From contig OZ024762.1 of NCBI GenBank assembly GCA_964016885.1, forward strand, positions 7,688,001 through 7,752,000: a stretch of 64,000 nt of DNA, given 5' to 3'. Below, one piece after another: positions 27,845 to 42,478 of the stretch. Source of the stretch: Eledone cirrhosa (taxonomy: Eukaryota). The position numbers and the translations under genes are program-made. The notes beneath the pieces were generated by a model. The model saw nothing but the letters and a program-made list of their open reading frames with translations. It did not search any database and had not been told where the DNA came from. Positions within the stretch are counted from its first letter, which is position 1, and every line of letters begins with the position of its first letter.

Positions 27845-29325
27845 GATGGGGAGGGCCAGGGAGATGTGGGCCATGACAGTGGGAGTTCGGCTCTTCCGTG
27901 TTCGGACCTGGTGTACCTGAGAGAGAGAGGGGGAGGGCAAGAGAGATGGAGGTGATGACAGTGGGAGTTCGGCTCTTCCGTGTTCGGACCTGGTGTACCT
28001 GAGAGAGAGGGGGAGGGCGAGAGAGATGGAGGCGATGACAGTGGGAGTTCGGCTCTTCTGTGTTCGGACCTGGTGTACCTGAGAGAGAGGGGGAGGGCGA
28101 GAGAGATGGAGGTGATGACAGTGGGAGTTCGGCTCTTCCGTGTTCGGACCTGGTGTACCTGAGAGAGAGGGGGAGGGCGAGAGAGATGGGGAGGGCGAGA
28201 GAGATGGAGGTGATGACAGTGGGAGTTCGGCTCTTCCGTGTTCGGACCTGGTGTACCTGAGAGAGAGGGGGAGGGCGAGAGAGATGGAGGCGATGACAGT
28301 GGGAGTTCGGCTCTTCTGTGTTCGGACCTGGTGTACCTGAGAGAGAGGGGGAGGGCGAGAGAGATGGAGGTGATGACAGTGGGAGTTCGGCTCTTCCGTG
28401 TTCGGACCTGGTGTACCTGAGAGAGAGGGGGAGGGCGAGAGAGATGGGGAGGGCGAGAGAGATGGAGGTGATGACAGTGGGAGTTCGGCTCTTCCGTGTT
28501 CGGACCTGGTGTACCTGAGAGAGGGGGGGGAGGGCGAGAGAGATGGAGGCGATGACAGTGGGAGTTCGGCTCTTCCGTGTTCGGACCTGGTGTACCTGAG
28601 AGAGAGGGGGAGGGCGAGAGAGATGGAGGTGATGACAGTGGGAGTTCGGCTCTTCCGTGTTCGGACCTGGTGTACCTAAGAGAGAGGGGGAGGGCGAGAG
28701 AGATGGAGGTGATGACAGTGGGAGTTCGGCTCTTCCGTGTTCGGACCTGGTGTACCTGAGAGAGGGGGGGAGGGCGAGAGAGATGGAGGCGATGACAGTG
28801 GGAGTTCGGCTCTTCCGTGTTCGGACCTGGTGTACCTGAGAGAGAGGGGGAGGGCGAGAGAGATGGAGGTGATGACAGTGGGAGTTCGGCTCTTCCGTGT
28901 TCGGACCTGGTGTACCTAAGAGAGAGGGGGAGGGCGAGAGAGATGGAGGTGATGACAGTGGGAGTTCGGCTCCTCTGTGTTCGGACCTGGTGTACCTGAG
29001 AGAGAGGGGGAGTGCGAGAGAGATGGGGAGGGCGAGAGAGATGGAGGTGATGACAGTGGGAGTTCGGCTCTTCTGTGTTCGGACCTGGTGTACATGAGAG
29101 AGAGAGGGGAGGGCGAGAGAGATGGAGGTGATGACAGTGGGAGTTCGGCTCTTCTGTGTTCGGACCTGGTGTACATGAGAGAGAGAGGGGGAGGGCAAGA
29201 GAGATGGAGGTGATGACAGTGGGAGTTCGGCTCTTCCGTGTTCGGACCTGGTGTACCTGAGAGAGAGGGGGAGGGCGAGAGAGATGGAGGTGATGACAGT
29301 GGGAGTTCGGCTCTTCCGTGTTCCG
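27845..29325. repeat. 80-bp minisatellite, about 18 copies
   Basis: Unit gatgacagtgggagttcggctcttccgtgttcggacctggtgtacctgagagagagggggagggcgagagagatggaggt. Confidence 0.93.
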
Positions 29326-29688
29326 ACACACTGCACCCGTCAAGAATGTATTTTCATACTTGAGACAAACATTGTGAATTCCTATATATAGTTTGAATAT
29401 GTCTATCACTAGAATGCCAGCAACAATTAGCCTCCCGGTCTCATTGGTATAATGGAGATTGGTATAGCTAGAAATAGCAGCTAAGACACCCTCAAAGGAC
29501 ATAGTAGTGTTCCATTGGTATAATGGACAATGGTATAGCTAGAAATAGCAGCTAAGACACCCTCAAATGCCATAGTAGTGTCTCATTGGTATAATGGTCA
29601 CAGTTTGAATGTCTTTGATCAAAGGAGTTCTTGAACATCATTGGCCTGGGGCTAAAAAAAACGACAACAACAACATCAGCAAAAGGAG

Positions 29689-29733
<45 letters not shown>

Positions 29734-29780
29734 GTAGTAGTAGTAGTAGTAGTACTACTATTACTACCACCACCACCATC

Positions 29781-29851
<71 letters not shown>

Positions 29852-30253
29852 CACTACTACAACCACTACTGTGACAAGAGGAAGTTAAGGAACACTTGAG
29901 TGGAGAACTGCACTTAGTTGATATCTAGTTAAATAGAGTCAATTATAATAACTTATTAATTACTGGGACCCACACCCCCCGCCACCATTCCCCCCACCCA
30001 CACATGACTGAGAGACTGGCCAGGGAGACTCTATGCTGACCCTTACAGCTGCTAGAGATAGCAGCCTAAATATCTTTCTAATTTCATCTAATGTATTTGC
30101 TGGCCTATTGGAGGCACTTTCTCTCTCTCTCTCTCTCTCCTAAATTAACAACAACAACATCAGCAACACCAATAACATTAATTAACCACTACCACCACCA
30201 TCCCCACCAACAACGACAACAACAATAACATCAACATCAATAACATAAATACC

Positions 30254-30285
<32 letters not shown>

Positions 30286-30374
30286 CACCACTTGAAGGTA
30301 GCAACAGTTACACTTGAGCGTTTTCAAGAGTTTTTTTCCCCAGTTTCTTGTGAGTTGTAGGCGAAGTGCTTGAA

Positions 30375-30919
30375 GATGTCATCACCATCGTCATCACCAC
30401 CACCATCATCATCACCACCACCACCATCATCATCACCACCACCACCATCATCACCACCACCACCATCATCATCATCACCATCACCATCATCATCACCATC
30501 ACCATCGTCATCACCACCACCATCATCATCACCACCACCACCATCATCATCACCACCACCACCATCATCATCACCACCATCATCACCATCACCATCACCA
30601 TCACCATCATCACCACCATCGCCATCATCATCATCACCATCACCATCATCACCATCACCACCACCATCACCACCATCACCACCATCATCACCATCATCAT
30701 CACCATCACCACCATCATCACCATCACCATCACCACCATCATCACCATCACCATCACCACCATCACCGTCACCATCACCATCATCACCACCATCACCATC
30801 ATCATCATCATCATCACCGCCATCATCATCATCATCACTATCAACAGCATCTTCTTCTTCTTCTTCTTCTTCTTCTTCTTCTTCTTCTTCTTCTTCTTCT
30901 TCTTCTTCTTCTACTACTA

Positions 30920-30960
<41 letters not shown>
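30375..30960. repeat. (CAT/CAC)n, (CTT)n, (CTA)n microsatellite block
   Basis: Direct inspection. Confidence 0.85.
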
Positions 30961-30964
<4 letters not shown>

Positions 30965-31731
30965 ATTCCTGAGAGGGTTGTGGGGTCAAACACTACTTCC
31001 AGTGGGTCCTGTCAGAAGCAACCAGCTCCAACTGATCCGGCTGGATCCCCAAACGAGACCAGGCAATGCAAGACCAAGCTCATGGATGTTATTCAACCAT
31101 CTTGCTCGAGGTTTACCTTTGGGTCTCCTGCCGGTTTGTTCTACCCGTAAAATCTGTCCAGTGATTCTTTCCTGAGACATTCTAACCAAATGTCCATAGC
31201 ATCAGAGCTGTGATCTCTCAATTCAGAGAAGTTGCAGCTTTACCTGGAGTGACTCTCTGATCTCTGAGCTACAAATCTGTCCAGTGATTCTTTCCTGAGA
31301 CATTCTAACCAAATGTCCATAGTATCAGAGCTGTGATCTCTCAATTCAGAGAAGTTGCAGCTTTACCTGGAGTGACTCTCTGATCTCTGAGCTACAAATC
31401 TGTCCAGTGATTCTTTCCTGAGACATTCTAACCAAATGTCCATAGTATCAGAGCTGTGATCTCTCAATTCAGAGAAGTTGCAGCTTTACCTGGAGTGACT
31501 CTCTGATCTCTGAGCTACAAATCTGTCCAGTGATTCTTTCCTGAGACATTCTAACCAAATGTCCATAGTATCAGAGCTGTGATCTCTCAATTCAGAGAAG
31601 TAGCAGCTTTACCTGGAGTGACTCTCTGATCTCTGAGCTACAAATCTGTCCAGTGATTCTTTCCTGAGACATTCTAACCAAATGTCCATAGTATCAGAGC
31701 TGTGATCTCTCAATTCAGAGAAGTAGCAGCT
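30961..31731 (-). mobile_element. RTE-type LINE 3' end with an internal 123-bp tandem array (about 4.7 units, 31150-31731)
   Basis: Minus-strand translation IERSQL*YYGHLVRMSQERI…TGRRPKGKPRARW is the typical RTE C-terminus; unit starts at 31150, 31273, 31396, 31519, 31642. Confidence 0.8.
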
Positions 31732-31800
31732 ATATCCCTCTCCACATACTATTATCCCTCTCTCATACTATTTCTATATATCTATCACTTTACCTCCTAC

Positions 31801-31864
<64 letters not shown>

Positions 31865-32015
31865 CATACATATATCTCTCAATCTGTTATTATCTACGAG
31901 ATAAGCTCCCAAACAACCATCTGGTTACCATTGATACCAACTAAATGGTTCGTAGACAGTGTCAGATGCGGTTTAAACGACACAATCAGAATAGAAGGGG
32001 TGAGGAGAGAGAGAA

Positions 32016-32084
<69 letters not shown>

Positions 32085-32837
32085 TAGGGATAGAGAGAGT
32101 GAGAAAGATAGAGAGGGATATATAATATATATGTATATATGTATGTAGAAGTTCTATTTAAATTGTTGGGATACAACAAGCAAATATTTTTATAACTGAT
32201 ATAAAGCACTCAACAAATTATTGGAGTATGTATATATATATGTCAGGTCACCAGTTGGTGCTACTGGTAACCTGTATCCCAGTATAACCTGTCTCATGGT
32301 CGGGTCGTTGGCGACTAAACTGGCAACCCCACCAAGGTTTCTTGGTGGGGAGGGTGACTTTGGACAAAAACAAAACCTGTCAAAGGGCAAAGGAGCTCTT
32401 AAGAGTCAATGGCCATCCAAAATCACCGGGAGAGATGACCCCTTAGCCTTTGTCAAGGCAGAATTCTAGGAGAAGGAAAACTCTGATATAACACCTGCAA
32501 CCCTGATGGTATCCAATGATGTTGACTTGTTCTTCTTTTTGGTAAATATCATCTTGGTTAAGAGAGTGGGACTGGCTTTGTGCAGTGCCTTTGCTCACTA
32601 TAAAAGCTTCATGGCACAGGCATTGCTTTATATCTGGAGATCTCTCTGCACTTGTCACATGGTACCATGGGCCCAGCACTATGTGTCAATAATTGTCACA
32701 AGTGTAGTGTTTGTACCAGAGTTTTCAAGTCGCTGGCTGGACTAAAAAGTCACACTCGTTCAGCGCATCGGTAGGAGTTCTCCTACATGGATATAAAGTA
32801 GGGGCCCTACTCGAAAACGAGTTGGCAGCCACCACCA

Positions 32838-32890
<53 letters not shown>

Positions 32891-33141
32891 AGTTATATAT
32901 TTTGCACTCAGCCTCACCGCTATGTCCGGGTCAGTATAAAATCTTTTCCTGGGTCCTGTATTTTCATTGCTCTAGTGATGCGGCTGGACTGCCGACCGCT
33001 GTATATGATTTGCTAAGCTGTCTGAGCGTAATGTTATTACTCTGGGGTCTTAACCCATCCGAGTGCTAAAGCTACAGACCGATTATGCATATACGCTAGC
33101 TTGGCCGTATTCTAAAGCTTCGTCAATGCTGTACTAAAATT

Positions 33142-33179
<38 letters not shown>

Positions 33180-33230
33180 TAGAAAGAGAGGGATAGAGAG
33201 AGTGAGAAAGATAGAGAGGGATATATAATA

Positions 33231-33315
<85 letters not shown>

Positions 33316-33764
33316 GGAGAAGCGCAAGGATGATAACTAATAAACACAACCTCCTCCTCCACCTCCACCCCTAGCAACAACAATAACAACCTCTCCCCTT
33401 CCCCCTCCCCCGATCACAACCCATTCTCCATCACTGCCCCCCCCCCCGACCACAATAACAAGAATGAAATTACAACAATAACATCACCCCCCACTATTAC
33501 CCCCTCCCCACCACCACCACTACCACCATACCCCCCCATACTACAACCCCCGCCCCTCCCACTATTACCCCCACCCCCCAACCACCACCACCACCACCAT
33601 TAACCAGTAACAATATATCGATAGTAATCGATAAGAGACTAATCAATGTCTGCGGCATGATAGAATTTGTTGAAAACCATGAATGGAACTGGTGGTTGTC
33701 TGATAGAGGGGGCGGGGGTGAGGTGGGGGTGGTAGAGTGGTAGAGGGGGTGGGGGCGATGGATG

Positions 33765-36700
33765 TGTTGGTGGTGGTTGTTGTTGTGGTGGTGGTGGTGG
33801 TGATGGTGGTACGGTAGTGGTTGTGATGGTTGTTGTTGTGGTGGTTGTGGTGGTGGTGGTGGTGGTGATGGTGGTGGTACGGTAGTGGTTGTGATGGTTG
33901 TTGTTGTGGTGGTTGTTGTTGTGGTGGTTGTGGTGGTGGTGGTGGTACGGTAGTGGTTGTGATGGTTGTTGTTGTGGTGGTTGTGGTGGTGGTGGTTGTG
34001 GTGGTGGTGGTACGGTAGTGGTTGTGATGGTTGTTGTTGTGGTGGTTGTTGTTGTGGTGGTGGTGGTGATGGTGGTGGTACGGTAGTGGTTGTGGTGGTT
34101 GTTGTTGTGGTGGTTGTGGTGGTGGTGGTTGTGGTGGTGGTGGTACGGTAGTGGTTGTGATGGTTGTTGTTGTGGTGGTTGTGGTGGTGGTGGTTGTGGT
34201 GGTGGTGGTGATGGTGGTACGGTAGTGGTTGTGATGGTTGTTGTTGTGGTGGTTGTGGTGGTGGTGGTTGTGGTGGTGGTGGTGGTGGTGATGGTGGTAC
34301 GGTAGTGGTTGTGATGGTTGTTGTTGTGGTGGTGATGGTGGTGGTGGTGGTGATGGTGGTGGTGATGGTGGTACGGTAGTGGTTGTGATGGTTGTTGTTG
34401 TGGTGGTTGTGGTGGTGGCGGTGGTGGTGATGGTGGTACGGTAGTGGTTGTGATGGTTGTTGTTGTGGTGGTTGTTGTTGTGGTGGTTGTGGTGGTGGTG
34501 GTGGTGATGGTGGTACGGTAGTGGTTGTGATGGTTGTTGTTGTGGTGGTTGTGGTGGTGGCGGTGGTGGTGATGGTGGTACGGTAGTGGTTGTGATGGTT
34601 GTTGTTGTGGTGGTGATGGTGGTGGTGATGGTGGTGGTGGTGGTACGGTAGTGGTTGTGATGGTTGTTGTTGTGGTGGTTGTTGTTGTGGTGGTTGAGGT
34701 GGTGGTGGTGGTGGTGATGGTGGTGGTGATGGTGGTGGTGGTGGTACGGTAGTGGTTGTGATGGTTGTTGTTGTGGTGGTTGTTGTTGTGGTGGTTGAGG
34801 TGGTGGTGGTGGTGGTGATGGTGGTGGTGATGGTGGTGGTGGTGGTACGGTAGTGGTTGTGATGGTTGTTGTTGTGGTGGTTGTGGTGGTGGCGGTGGTG
34901 GTGGTGGTGGTACGGTAGTGGTTGTGGTGGTTGTTGTTGTGGTGGTTGTTGTTGTGGTGGTTGAGGTGGTGGTGGTGGTGGTGATGGTGGTGGTGATGGT
35001 GGTGGTGGTGGTACGGTAGTGGTTGTGATGGTTGTTGTTGTGGTGGTTGTTGTTGTGGTGGTTGAGGTGGTGGTGGTGGTGGTGATGGTGGTGGTGATGG
35101 TGGTGGTGGTGGTACGGTAGTGGTTGTGATGGTTGTTGTTGTGGTGGTTGTGGTGGTGGCGGTGGTGGTGGTGGTGGTACGGTAGTGGTTGTGGTGGTTG
35201 TTGTTGTGGTGGTTGTTGTTGTGGTGGTTGAGGTGGTGGTGGTGGTGGTGATGGTGGTGGTGATGGTGGTGGTGGTGGTACGGTAGTGGTTGTGATGGTT
35301 GTTGTTGTGGTGGTTGTTGTTGTGGTGGTTGAGGTGGTGGTGGTGGTGGTGATGGTGGTGGTGATGGTGGTGGTGGTGGTACGGTAGTGGTTGTGATGGT
35401 TGTTGTTGTGGTGGTTGTGGTGGTGGCGGTGGTGGTGGTGGTGGTACGGTAGTGGTTGTGGTGGTTGTTGTTGTGGTGGTTGTTGTTGTGGTGGTTGAGG
35501 TGGTGGTGGTGGTGGTGATGGTGGTGGTACGGTAGTGGTTGTGATGGTTGTTGTTGTGATGGTTGTGGTGGTGGTGGTTGTTGTTGTGGTGGTTGTTGTT
35601 GTGGTGGTTGTGGTGGTGGTGGTGGTACGGTAGTGGTTGTGATGGTTGTTGTTGTGATGGTTGTGGTGGTGGTGGTGGTGATGGTGGTGGTACGGTAGTG
35701 GTTGTGATGGTTGTTGTTGTGATGGTTGTTGTTGTGGTGGTTGTTGTTGTGGTGGTTGTTGTTGTGGTGGTTGTGGTGGTGGTGGTGGTACGGTAGTGGT
35801 TGTGATGGTTGTTGTTGTGATGGTTGTGGTGGTGGTGGTGGTGATGGTGGTGGTACGGTAGTGGTTGTGATGGTTGTTGTTGTGGTGGTTGTGGTGGTGG
35901 TGGTGGTGATGGTGGTGGTACGGTAGTGGTTGTGGTGGTTGTTGTTGTGGTGGTTGTTGTTGTGGTGGTTGTGGTGGTGGTGGTGGTACGGTAGTGGTTG
36001 TGATGGTTGTTGTTGTGATGGTTGTGGTGGTGGTGGTGGTGATGGTGGTGGTACGGTAGTGGTTGTGGTGGTTGTTGTTGTGGTGGTTGTTGTTGTGGTG
36101 GTTGTTGTTGTGGTGGTTGTGGTGGTGGTGGTGGTGATGGTGGTGGTACGGTAGTGGTTGTGATGGTTGTTGTTGTGGTGGTTGTGGTGATGGTGGTGGT
36201 ACGGTAGTGGTTGTGATGGTTGTTGTTGTGGTGGTTGTGGTGGTGGTGGTGGTGATGGTGGTGGTACGGTAGTGGTTGTGGTGGTTGTTGTTGTGGTGGT
36301 TGTTGTTGTGGTGGTTGTTGTTGTGGTGGTTGTGGTGGTGGTGGTGGTGATGGTGGTGGTACGGTAGTGGTTGTGATGGTTGTTGTTGTGGTGGTTGTGG
36401 TGGTGGTGGTGGTGGTGGTGGTGGTACGGTAGTGGTTGTGATGGTTGTTGTTGTGGTGGTTGTGGTGGTGGTGGTGGTGATGGTGGTGGTACGGTAGTGG
36501 TTGTGATGGTTGTTGTTGTGGTGGTTGAGGTGGTGGTGGTGGTGATGGTGGTGGTACGGTAGTGGTTGTGATGGTTGTTGTTGTGGTGGTTGAGGTGGTG
36601 GTGATGGTGGTGATGGTGGTGGTACGGTAGTGGTTGTGATGGTTGTTGTTGTGGTGGTTGAGGTGGTGGTGGTGGTGGTGATGGTGGTACGGTAGTGGTT

Positions 36701-39160
36701 GTGGTGGTTGTTGTTGTGGTGGTGGTGGTGGCGGTGGTGATGGTGGTGGTACGGTAGTGGTTGTGATGGTTGTTGTTGTGGTGGTTGAGGTGGTGGTGGT
36801 GGTGGTGATGGTGGTACGGTAGTGGTTGTGATGGTTGTTGTTGTGGTGGTTGTGGTGGTGGTGGTGGTGGTGGTGGTGGTACGGTAGTGGTTGTGATGGT
36901 TGTTGTTGTGGTGGTTGAGGTGGTGGTGGTGGTGGTGATGGTGGTACGGTAGTGGTTGTGGTGGTTGTTGTTGTGGTGGTTGTGGTGGTGGTGGTGGTGA
37001 TGGTGGTGGTACGGTAGTGGTTGTGATGGTTGTTGTTGTGGTGGTTGTGGTGGTGGTGGTGGTGATGGTGGTGGTACGGTAGTGGTTGTGGTGGTTGTTG
37101 TTGTGATGGTTGTGGTGGTGGTGGTGGTGATGGTGGTGGTACGGTAGTGGTTGTGATGGTTGTTGTTGTGGTGGTTGTGGTGGTGGTGGTGGTGATGGTG
37201 GTGGTACGGTAGTGGTTGTGGTGGTTGTTGTTGTGGTGGTTGTTGTTGTGGTGGTTGTGGTGGTGGTGGTGGTGATGGTGGTGGTACGGTAGTGGTTGTG
37301 ATGGTTGTTGTTGTGATGGTTGTGGTGGTGGTGGTGGTGATGGTGGTGGTACGGTAGTGGTTGTGGTGGTTGTTGTTGTGGTGGTTGTTGTTGTGGTGGT
37401 TGTGGTGGTGGTGGTGGTGATGGTGGTGGTACGGTAGTGGTTGTGGTGGTTGTTGTTGTGGTGGTTGTTGTTGTGGTGGTTGTGGTGGTGGTGGTGGTGA
37501 TGGTGGTGGTACGGTAGTGGTTGTGATGGTTGTTGTTGTGATGGTTGAGGTGGTGGTGGTGGTGATGGTGGTGGTACGGTAGTGGTTGTGGTGGTTGTTG
37601 TTGTGATGGTTGTGGTGGTGGTGGTGGTGATGATGGTACGGTAGTGGTTGTGATGGTTGTTGTTGTGGTGGTTGTTGTTGTGGTGGTTGAGGTGGTGGTG
37701 GTGGTGATGGTGGTGGTACGGTAGTGGTTGTGATGGTTGTTGTTGTGATGGTTGTGGTGGTGGCGGTGGTGATGGTGGTGGTACGGTAGTGGTTGTGATG
37801 GTTGTTGTTGTGGTGGTTGTGGTGGTGGTGGTGGTGATGGTGGTACGGTAGTGGTTGTGATGGTTGTTGTTGTGGTGGTTGTGGTGGTGGCGGTGGTGAT
37901 GGTGGTGGTACGGTAGTGGTTGTGGTGGTTGTTGTTGTGGTGGTTGTGGTGGTGGCGGTGGTGATGGTGGTACGGTAGTGGTTGTGATGGTTGTTGTTGT
38001 GGTGGTTGTGGTGGTGGTGGTGGTGATGGTGGTACGGTAGTGGTTGTGATGGTTGTTGTTGTGGTGGTTGTGGTGGTGGCGGTGGTGATGGTGGTGGTAC
38101 GGTAGTGGTTGTGGTGGTTGTTGTTGTGGTGGTTGTGGTGGTGGCGGTGGTGATGGTGGTGGTACGGTAGTGGTTGTGGTGGTTGTTGTTGTGGTGGTTG
38201 TGGTGGTGGTGGTGGTGATGGTGGTGGTACGGTAGTGGTTGTGATGGTTGTTGTTGTGGTGGTTGTGGTGGTGGCGGTGGTGATGGTGGTGGTACGGTAG
38301 TGGTTGTGGTGGTTGTTGTTGTGGTGGTTGTGGTGGTGGTGGTGGTGATGGTGGTGGTACGGTAGTGGTTGTGATGGTTGTTGTTGTGGTGGTTGTGGTG
38401 GTGGCGGTGGTGATGGTGGTACGGTAGTGGTTGTGGTGGTTGTTGTTGTGGTGGTTGTGGTGGTGGCGGTGGTGATGGTGGTACGGTAGTGGTTGTGATG
38501 GTTGTTGTTGTGATGGTTGTTGTTGTGGTGGTTGTGGTGGTGGTGGTGGTGGTGGTGGTGGTTGAGGTAGTAGTGGTTGTGATGGTTGTTGTTGTGGTGG
38601 TTGTCCGGTAGATTGTAAGAGAGGTTGTTGTAAAGATGGTTGTTGTGTGGTGCTGGTGGTTGTGGTGCTGGTTGTAGTGTGGTGCTGGTTGAAGTGTGGT
38701 GCTGGTGGTTGTGAGGTGGTTGTGGTGTGGTGCTGGTTATAGTGTGGTGCTGGTGGTTGTGGTGCTGGTTGTAGTGTGGTGATGGTTGTAGTGTGGTGCT
38801 GGTGGTGTGGTGCTGGTGGTTGTGGTGGTGGTTGTAGTGTGGTTCTGGTTGTAGTGTGGTGCTGGTGGTGTGGTGCTGGTGGTTGCCATGGTGGTTGTAG
38901 TGTGGTGCTGGTGGTTGTGGTGCTGGTGGTTGTGGTGCTGGTTGTAGTGTGGTGATGGTTGTAGTGTGGTGATGGTTGTAGTGTGGTGGTGGTTGTAGTG
39001 TGGTGCTGGTGGTTGTGGTGGTGGTTGTAGTGTGGCGCTGGTGGTTGTGGTGGTGGTTGTAGTGTGGTGATGGTTGTAGTGTGGTGGTGGTTGTAGTGTG
39101 GTGCTGGTGGTTGTGGTGGTGGTTGTAGTGTGGCGCTGGTGGTTGTGGTGGTGGTTGTAG
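33765..39160. repeat. ~5.4-kb microsatellite-derived satellite (ggtacggtagtggttgtgatggttgttgttgtggtgg… units of about 50-80 bp)
   Basis: Invariant ggtacggtagtggttgtg anchor repeated throughout 33808-38490; a related gtagtgtggt repeat follows. Confidence 0.92.
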
Positions 39161-39164
39161 TATG

Positions 39165-40066
39165 CTGCTGGTACTCATGTTCAGCTGAGTATACTGGAGC
39201 AACGTGAAATGAAGTGTTCTTCTCAAGAACACAACACAAAACATAACCCAATCCAGGAATCGAACCTACGTCGTTATGATCGTAAGTGCGACACACTTAT
39301 CCCCAGGCCACGTTAGACAACCCCTGGACAGGACGCAAGTCCATGGCAGTGTTAAACTCCCAGCTATTGCTGGTACTCATTCTTATCTTGTTATACTGGA
39401 GCAACGTGAAATGAAGTGCTTTATTCAAGAAAATAACACACACGACCCCTCTTCCCTGGACCGGACGCCAGTCCACCGCATGGTTAACCCGCCAAGCTAT
39501 TGTTGGTATTCACTTTTAGCTGAGAATACTGGAGCAACGTGAAATGAAGTTTTTTACTCAAGAAAATAACACACATGACTTATCACCCTGGACCGGACGC
39601 CAGTCCACAGCAAGGTTAACCCTCAAGATATTGCTGGTATATATTTTCAGCTGAGTGTAGTGGAGCAACGTGAAATGAAGTGTTTTACTCAAGAAAATAA
39701 CACACATGACTTATCACCCTGGACCGGACGCCAGTCCACAGCAGGGTTAACCCTCAAGATATTGCTGGTATATATTTTCAGCTGAGTGTAGTGGAGCAAC
39801 GTGAAATGAAGTGTTTTACTCAAGAAAATAACACACATGACTTATCACCCTGGACCGGACGCCAGTCCACAGCAGGGTTAACCCTCAAGATGTTGCTGGT
39901 ATATATTTTCAGCTGAGTGTAGTGGAGCAACGTGAAATGAAGTGTTTTACTCAAGAAAATAACACACATGACTTATCACCCTGGACCGGACGCCAGTCCA
40001 CAGCAGGGTTAACCCTCAAGATATTGCTGGTATATATTTTCAGCTGAGTGTAGTGGAACAACGTGA
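39165..40066 (-). repeat. 131-bp tandem array derived from the SINE family B body
   Basis: gaaatgaagt unit starts at 39541, 39672, 39803, 39934, preceded by more SINE-like units from 39165. Confidence 0.85.
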
Positions 40067-40174
40067 TGGAGGTTCGTAAAAAAAACAGCATAGGTTCCTA
40101 CAGAGTTTGTCAGCAAAGTTTGACAGTTCTTCACGGCATTCTACAGATTCTACTTGAATATTTTCTCCTTGCAC

Positions 40175-40348
40175 GAAGGCGTTGGCAGCAATCGGTAGAG
40201 CGTCGGAAAAAATGCTTTATAGCATAGAGTTACGTCCCGTTACGATCTGAGTTCAAATCCTGCCGAGGTTAGCTTTGCCTTTCATTCTTACGGTGTCGAT
40301 AAAATGAAGTACCAGTCATGCATTGGTGTCGATTTAATCGAATTTCCC
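40175..40348 (+). mobile_element. tRNA-derived SINE (octopus-type family A)
   Basis: A box tggcagcaatcgg, B box gagttcaaatcc, body gcctttcat…gtcgataaaat.aagtaccagt. Confidence 0.8.
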
Positions 40349-40357
40349 TTTGAATTC

Positions 40358-40466
<109 letters not shown>

Positions 40467-40753
40467 ACACACACACACACGCACACACGCATACACACAC
40501 ACACACATATGTATGTGTGTGTAGGGTGTACGCCCAAAATTGAAAATACACTTTCATTACTTGTACAGGCAATAGTTAATAGAATGCTGTTGAAGTGTGT
40601 ATACATTTTTTGGGACATCCTGTGTGTGTGTGTGTGTGTATATAATGTATACAGTAATATATTTATATAGTTTTGGAAGAAAAGTCAACATGAATGACAT
40701 TTTTTCCAATTCCAACAGGCCCGTCCCCTCAATCTATCTTATTTCTCATTCTT

Positions 40754-40790
40754 TCTTCTGATGAATGACTAGCGTCCGAAACGTTAAGAC
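40754..40790 (+). ncRNA. Minimal hammerhead-like motif (family HH-D)
   Basis: tctt-CTGATGA-atgactagcgtcc-GAAA-cgtt-aaga; the truncated copy at 13472-13585 has a perfect stem II ggac-tagc-gtcc. Confidence 0.55.
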
Positions 40791-41019
40791 CCTCTTCCTG
40801 CTATATCAAGTGTTAACCTGATATATCCCTTCCATATACTGTACCAATTGTGTTGTTATTTCTGTTTACCTTTTATATATATATATATATATATTAGAAA
40901 GTGAGGTTTTTTTTACAAAATGATGTGAGAAAAACCACAGACCCTCCATCTCAACTCACCTTTTGAAAAGCAGAAGAACTGCGAAACCGGTAAAGGAACC
41001 AAATAAATATATATTTTCA

Positions 41020-41072
<53 letters not shown>

Positions 41073-41500
41073 ATGCTATACTATATTGTATCACATCTAT
41101 TATATTATGTGTAATATATTATATTATATTATATTATATAATATAAATTTATATCATATATAGAGAAATGGGATTGGAATGGATCTCGGTCGGTTTTAAC
41201 GATGAGTATCCTAGTTGTACGACAACGGAACAGCCTGCTCATGAAATTAAAGTACATGTAGTAGTTGAAACATTCCACTGACACGTGTATCATAAACTTG
41301 ATTCTCAGGGAAATTCAGTATGACGCGTGACAAAACGTCTAGGCCATCCGACGGGCATCGGTATAGTTTCTGTCTACACAATGTGGGTTTTGATAAATGA
41401 CAATGGAATCCAGTCTGGGACCTGATGAATGGAATCCATCGCACCGACTGCAGCCACATAATGTCACACACACACACACACACACATATATTATATACAC

Positions 41501-41586
<86 letters not shown>

Positions 41587-41612
41587 TATATATATGTGTA
41601 TATATGTGTATA

Positions 41613-41647
<35 letters not shown>

Positions 41648-41666
41648 GTGTATATATATGTGTATA

Positions 41667-41699
<33 letters not shown>

Positions 41700-41704
41700 G
41701 TGTA

Positions 41705-41761
<57 letters not shown>

Positions 41762-41889
41762 GTGTATATATGTGTATATATATATATATATATATTATAA
41801 CTTAATATATTCATATATATATAGGTGTGTATATATATGTGTGTGTGTGCGTGTGTGTGTGGTTGTGTGTGTGTACATATATATATAAT

Positions 41890-42016
41890 ATCGTTTTTGA
41901 TTTGGGCACAAGGCCAACAATTTTGGGGCGATTCAATCGAACCATTCCCAGTACATTACTGGTACTTTATTTTATCGACCTCATAAAGATGAAAAGCAAA
42001 ACTAATCTCGGCGGGA
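41890..42016 (-). mobile_element. SINE family A 3' part
   Basis: ggcacaaggccaacaatttt…ttatcgacctcataaagatgaaaagcaaa. Confidence 0.65.
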
Positions 42017-42024
42017 GTTATATA

Positions 42025-42128
<104 letters not shown>

Positions 42129-42129
42129 A

Positions 42130-42409
42130 AAAGTCTAAAGTCTGTCTTAAGCCAGAAGGCTCATTTGGCCGGTGCTTATCCTGGTTTCATGGCGTGAAGC
42201 GACTGAGAGTATCAGACTACTCCCTGGACAGGACGCCAGCCCATCGCAGGGTTAAACCTCCAGCTATTGCTGGTACTCATTTTCAGCTGAGTAAACTGGA
42301 GCAACATGAAATAAAGTGTCTTGCTCAAGGAAACAACACATCCGAGAATTGAACTCACAACCTTTCGATTGCAAGCCTATTGCTCTAATCACTAAGCCAT
42401 GCGCCTTCA
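42130..42409 (-). mobile_element. Near full-length tRNA-derived SINE family B (CORE-like and V-domain-like central segments)
   Basis: Minus strand: A box tggcttagtg, B box gagttcaattc, then tccttgagcaagacact and ccctgcgatgggctggcgtcctgtccaggg; domain names are from recall. Confidence 0.72.

Positions 42410-42478
<69 letters not shown>

Noticed and set aside
27403-29502. 699-aa and 501-aa ORFs
   Set aside because: Translations of an 80-bp minisatellite whose unit is not a multiple of three.
33497-39296. 1915-aa and 1885-aa ORFs resembling mucin or His/Pro/Thr-rich proteins
   Set aside because: Several frames are open only because the CCA/CAA-type repeat lacks stops; the frame shifts freely between units and there is no splice or domain evidence.
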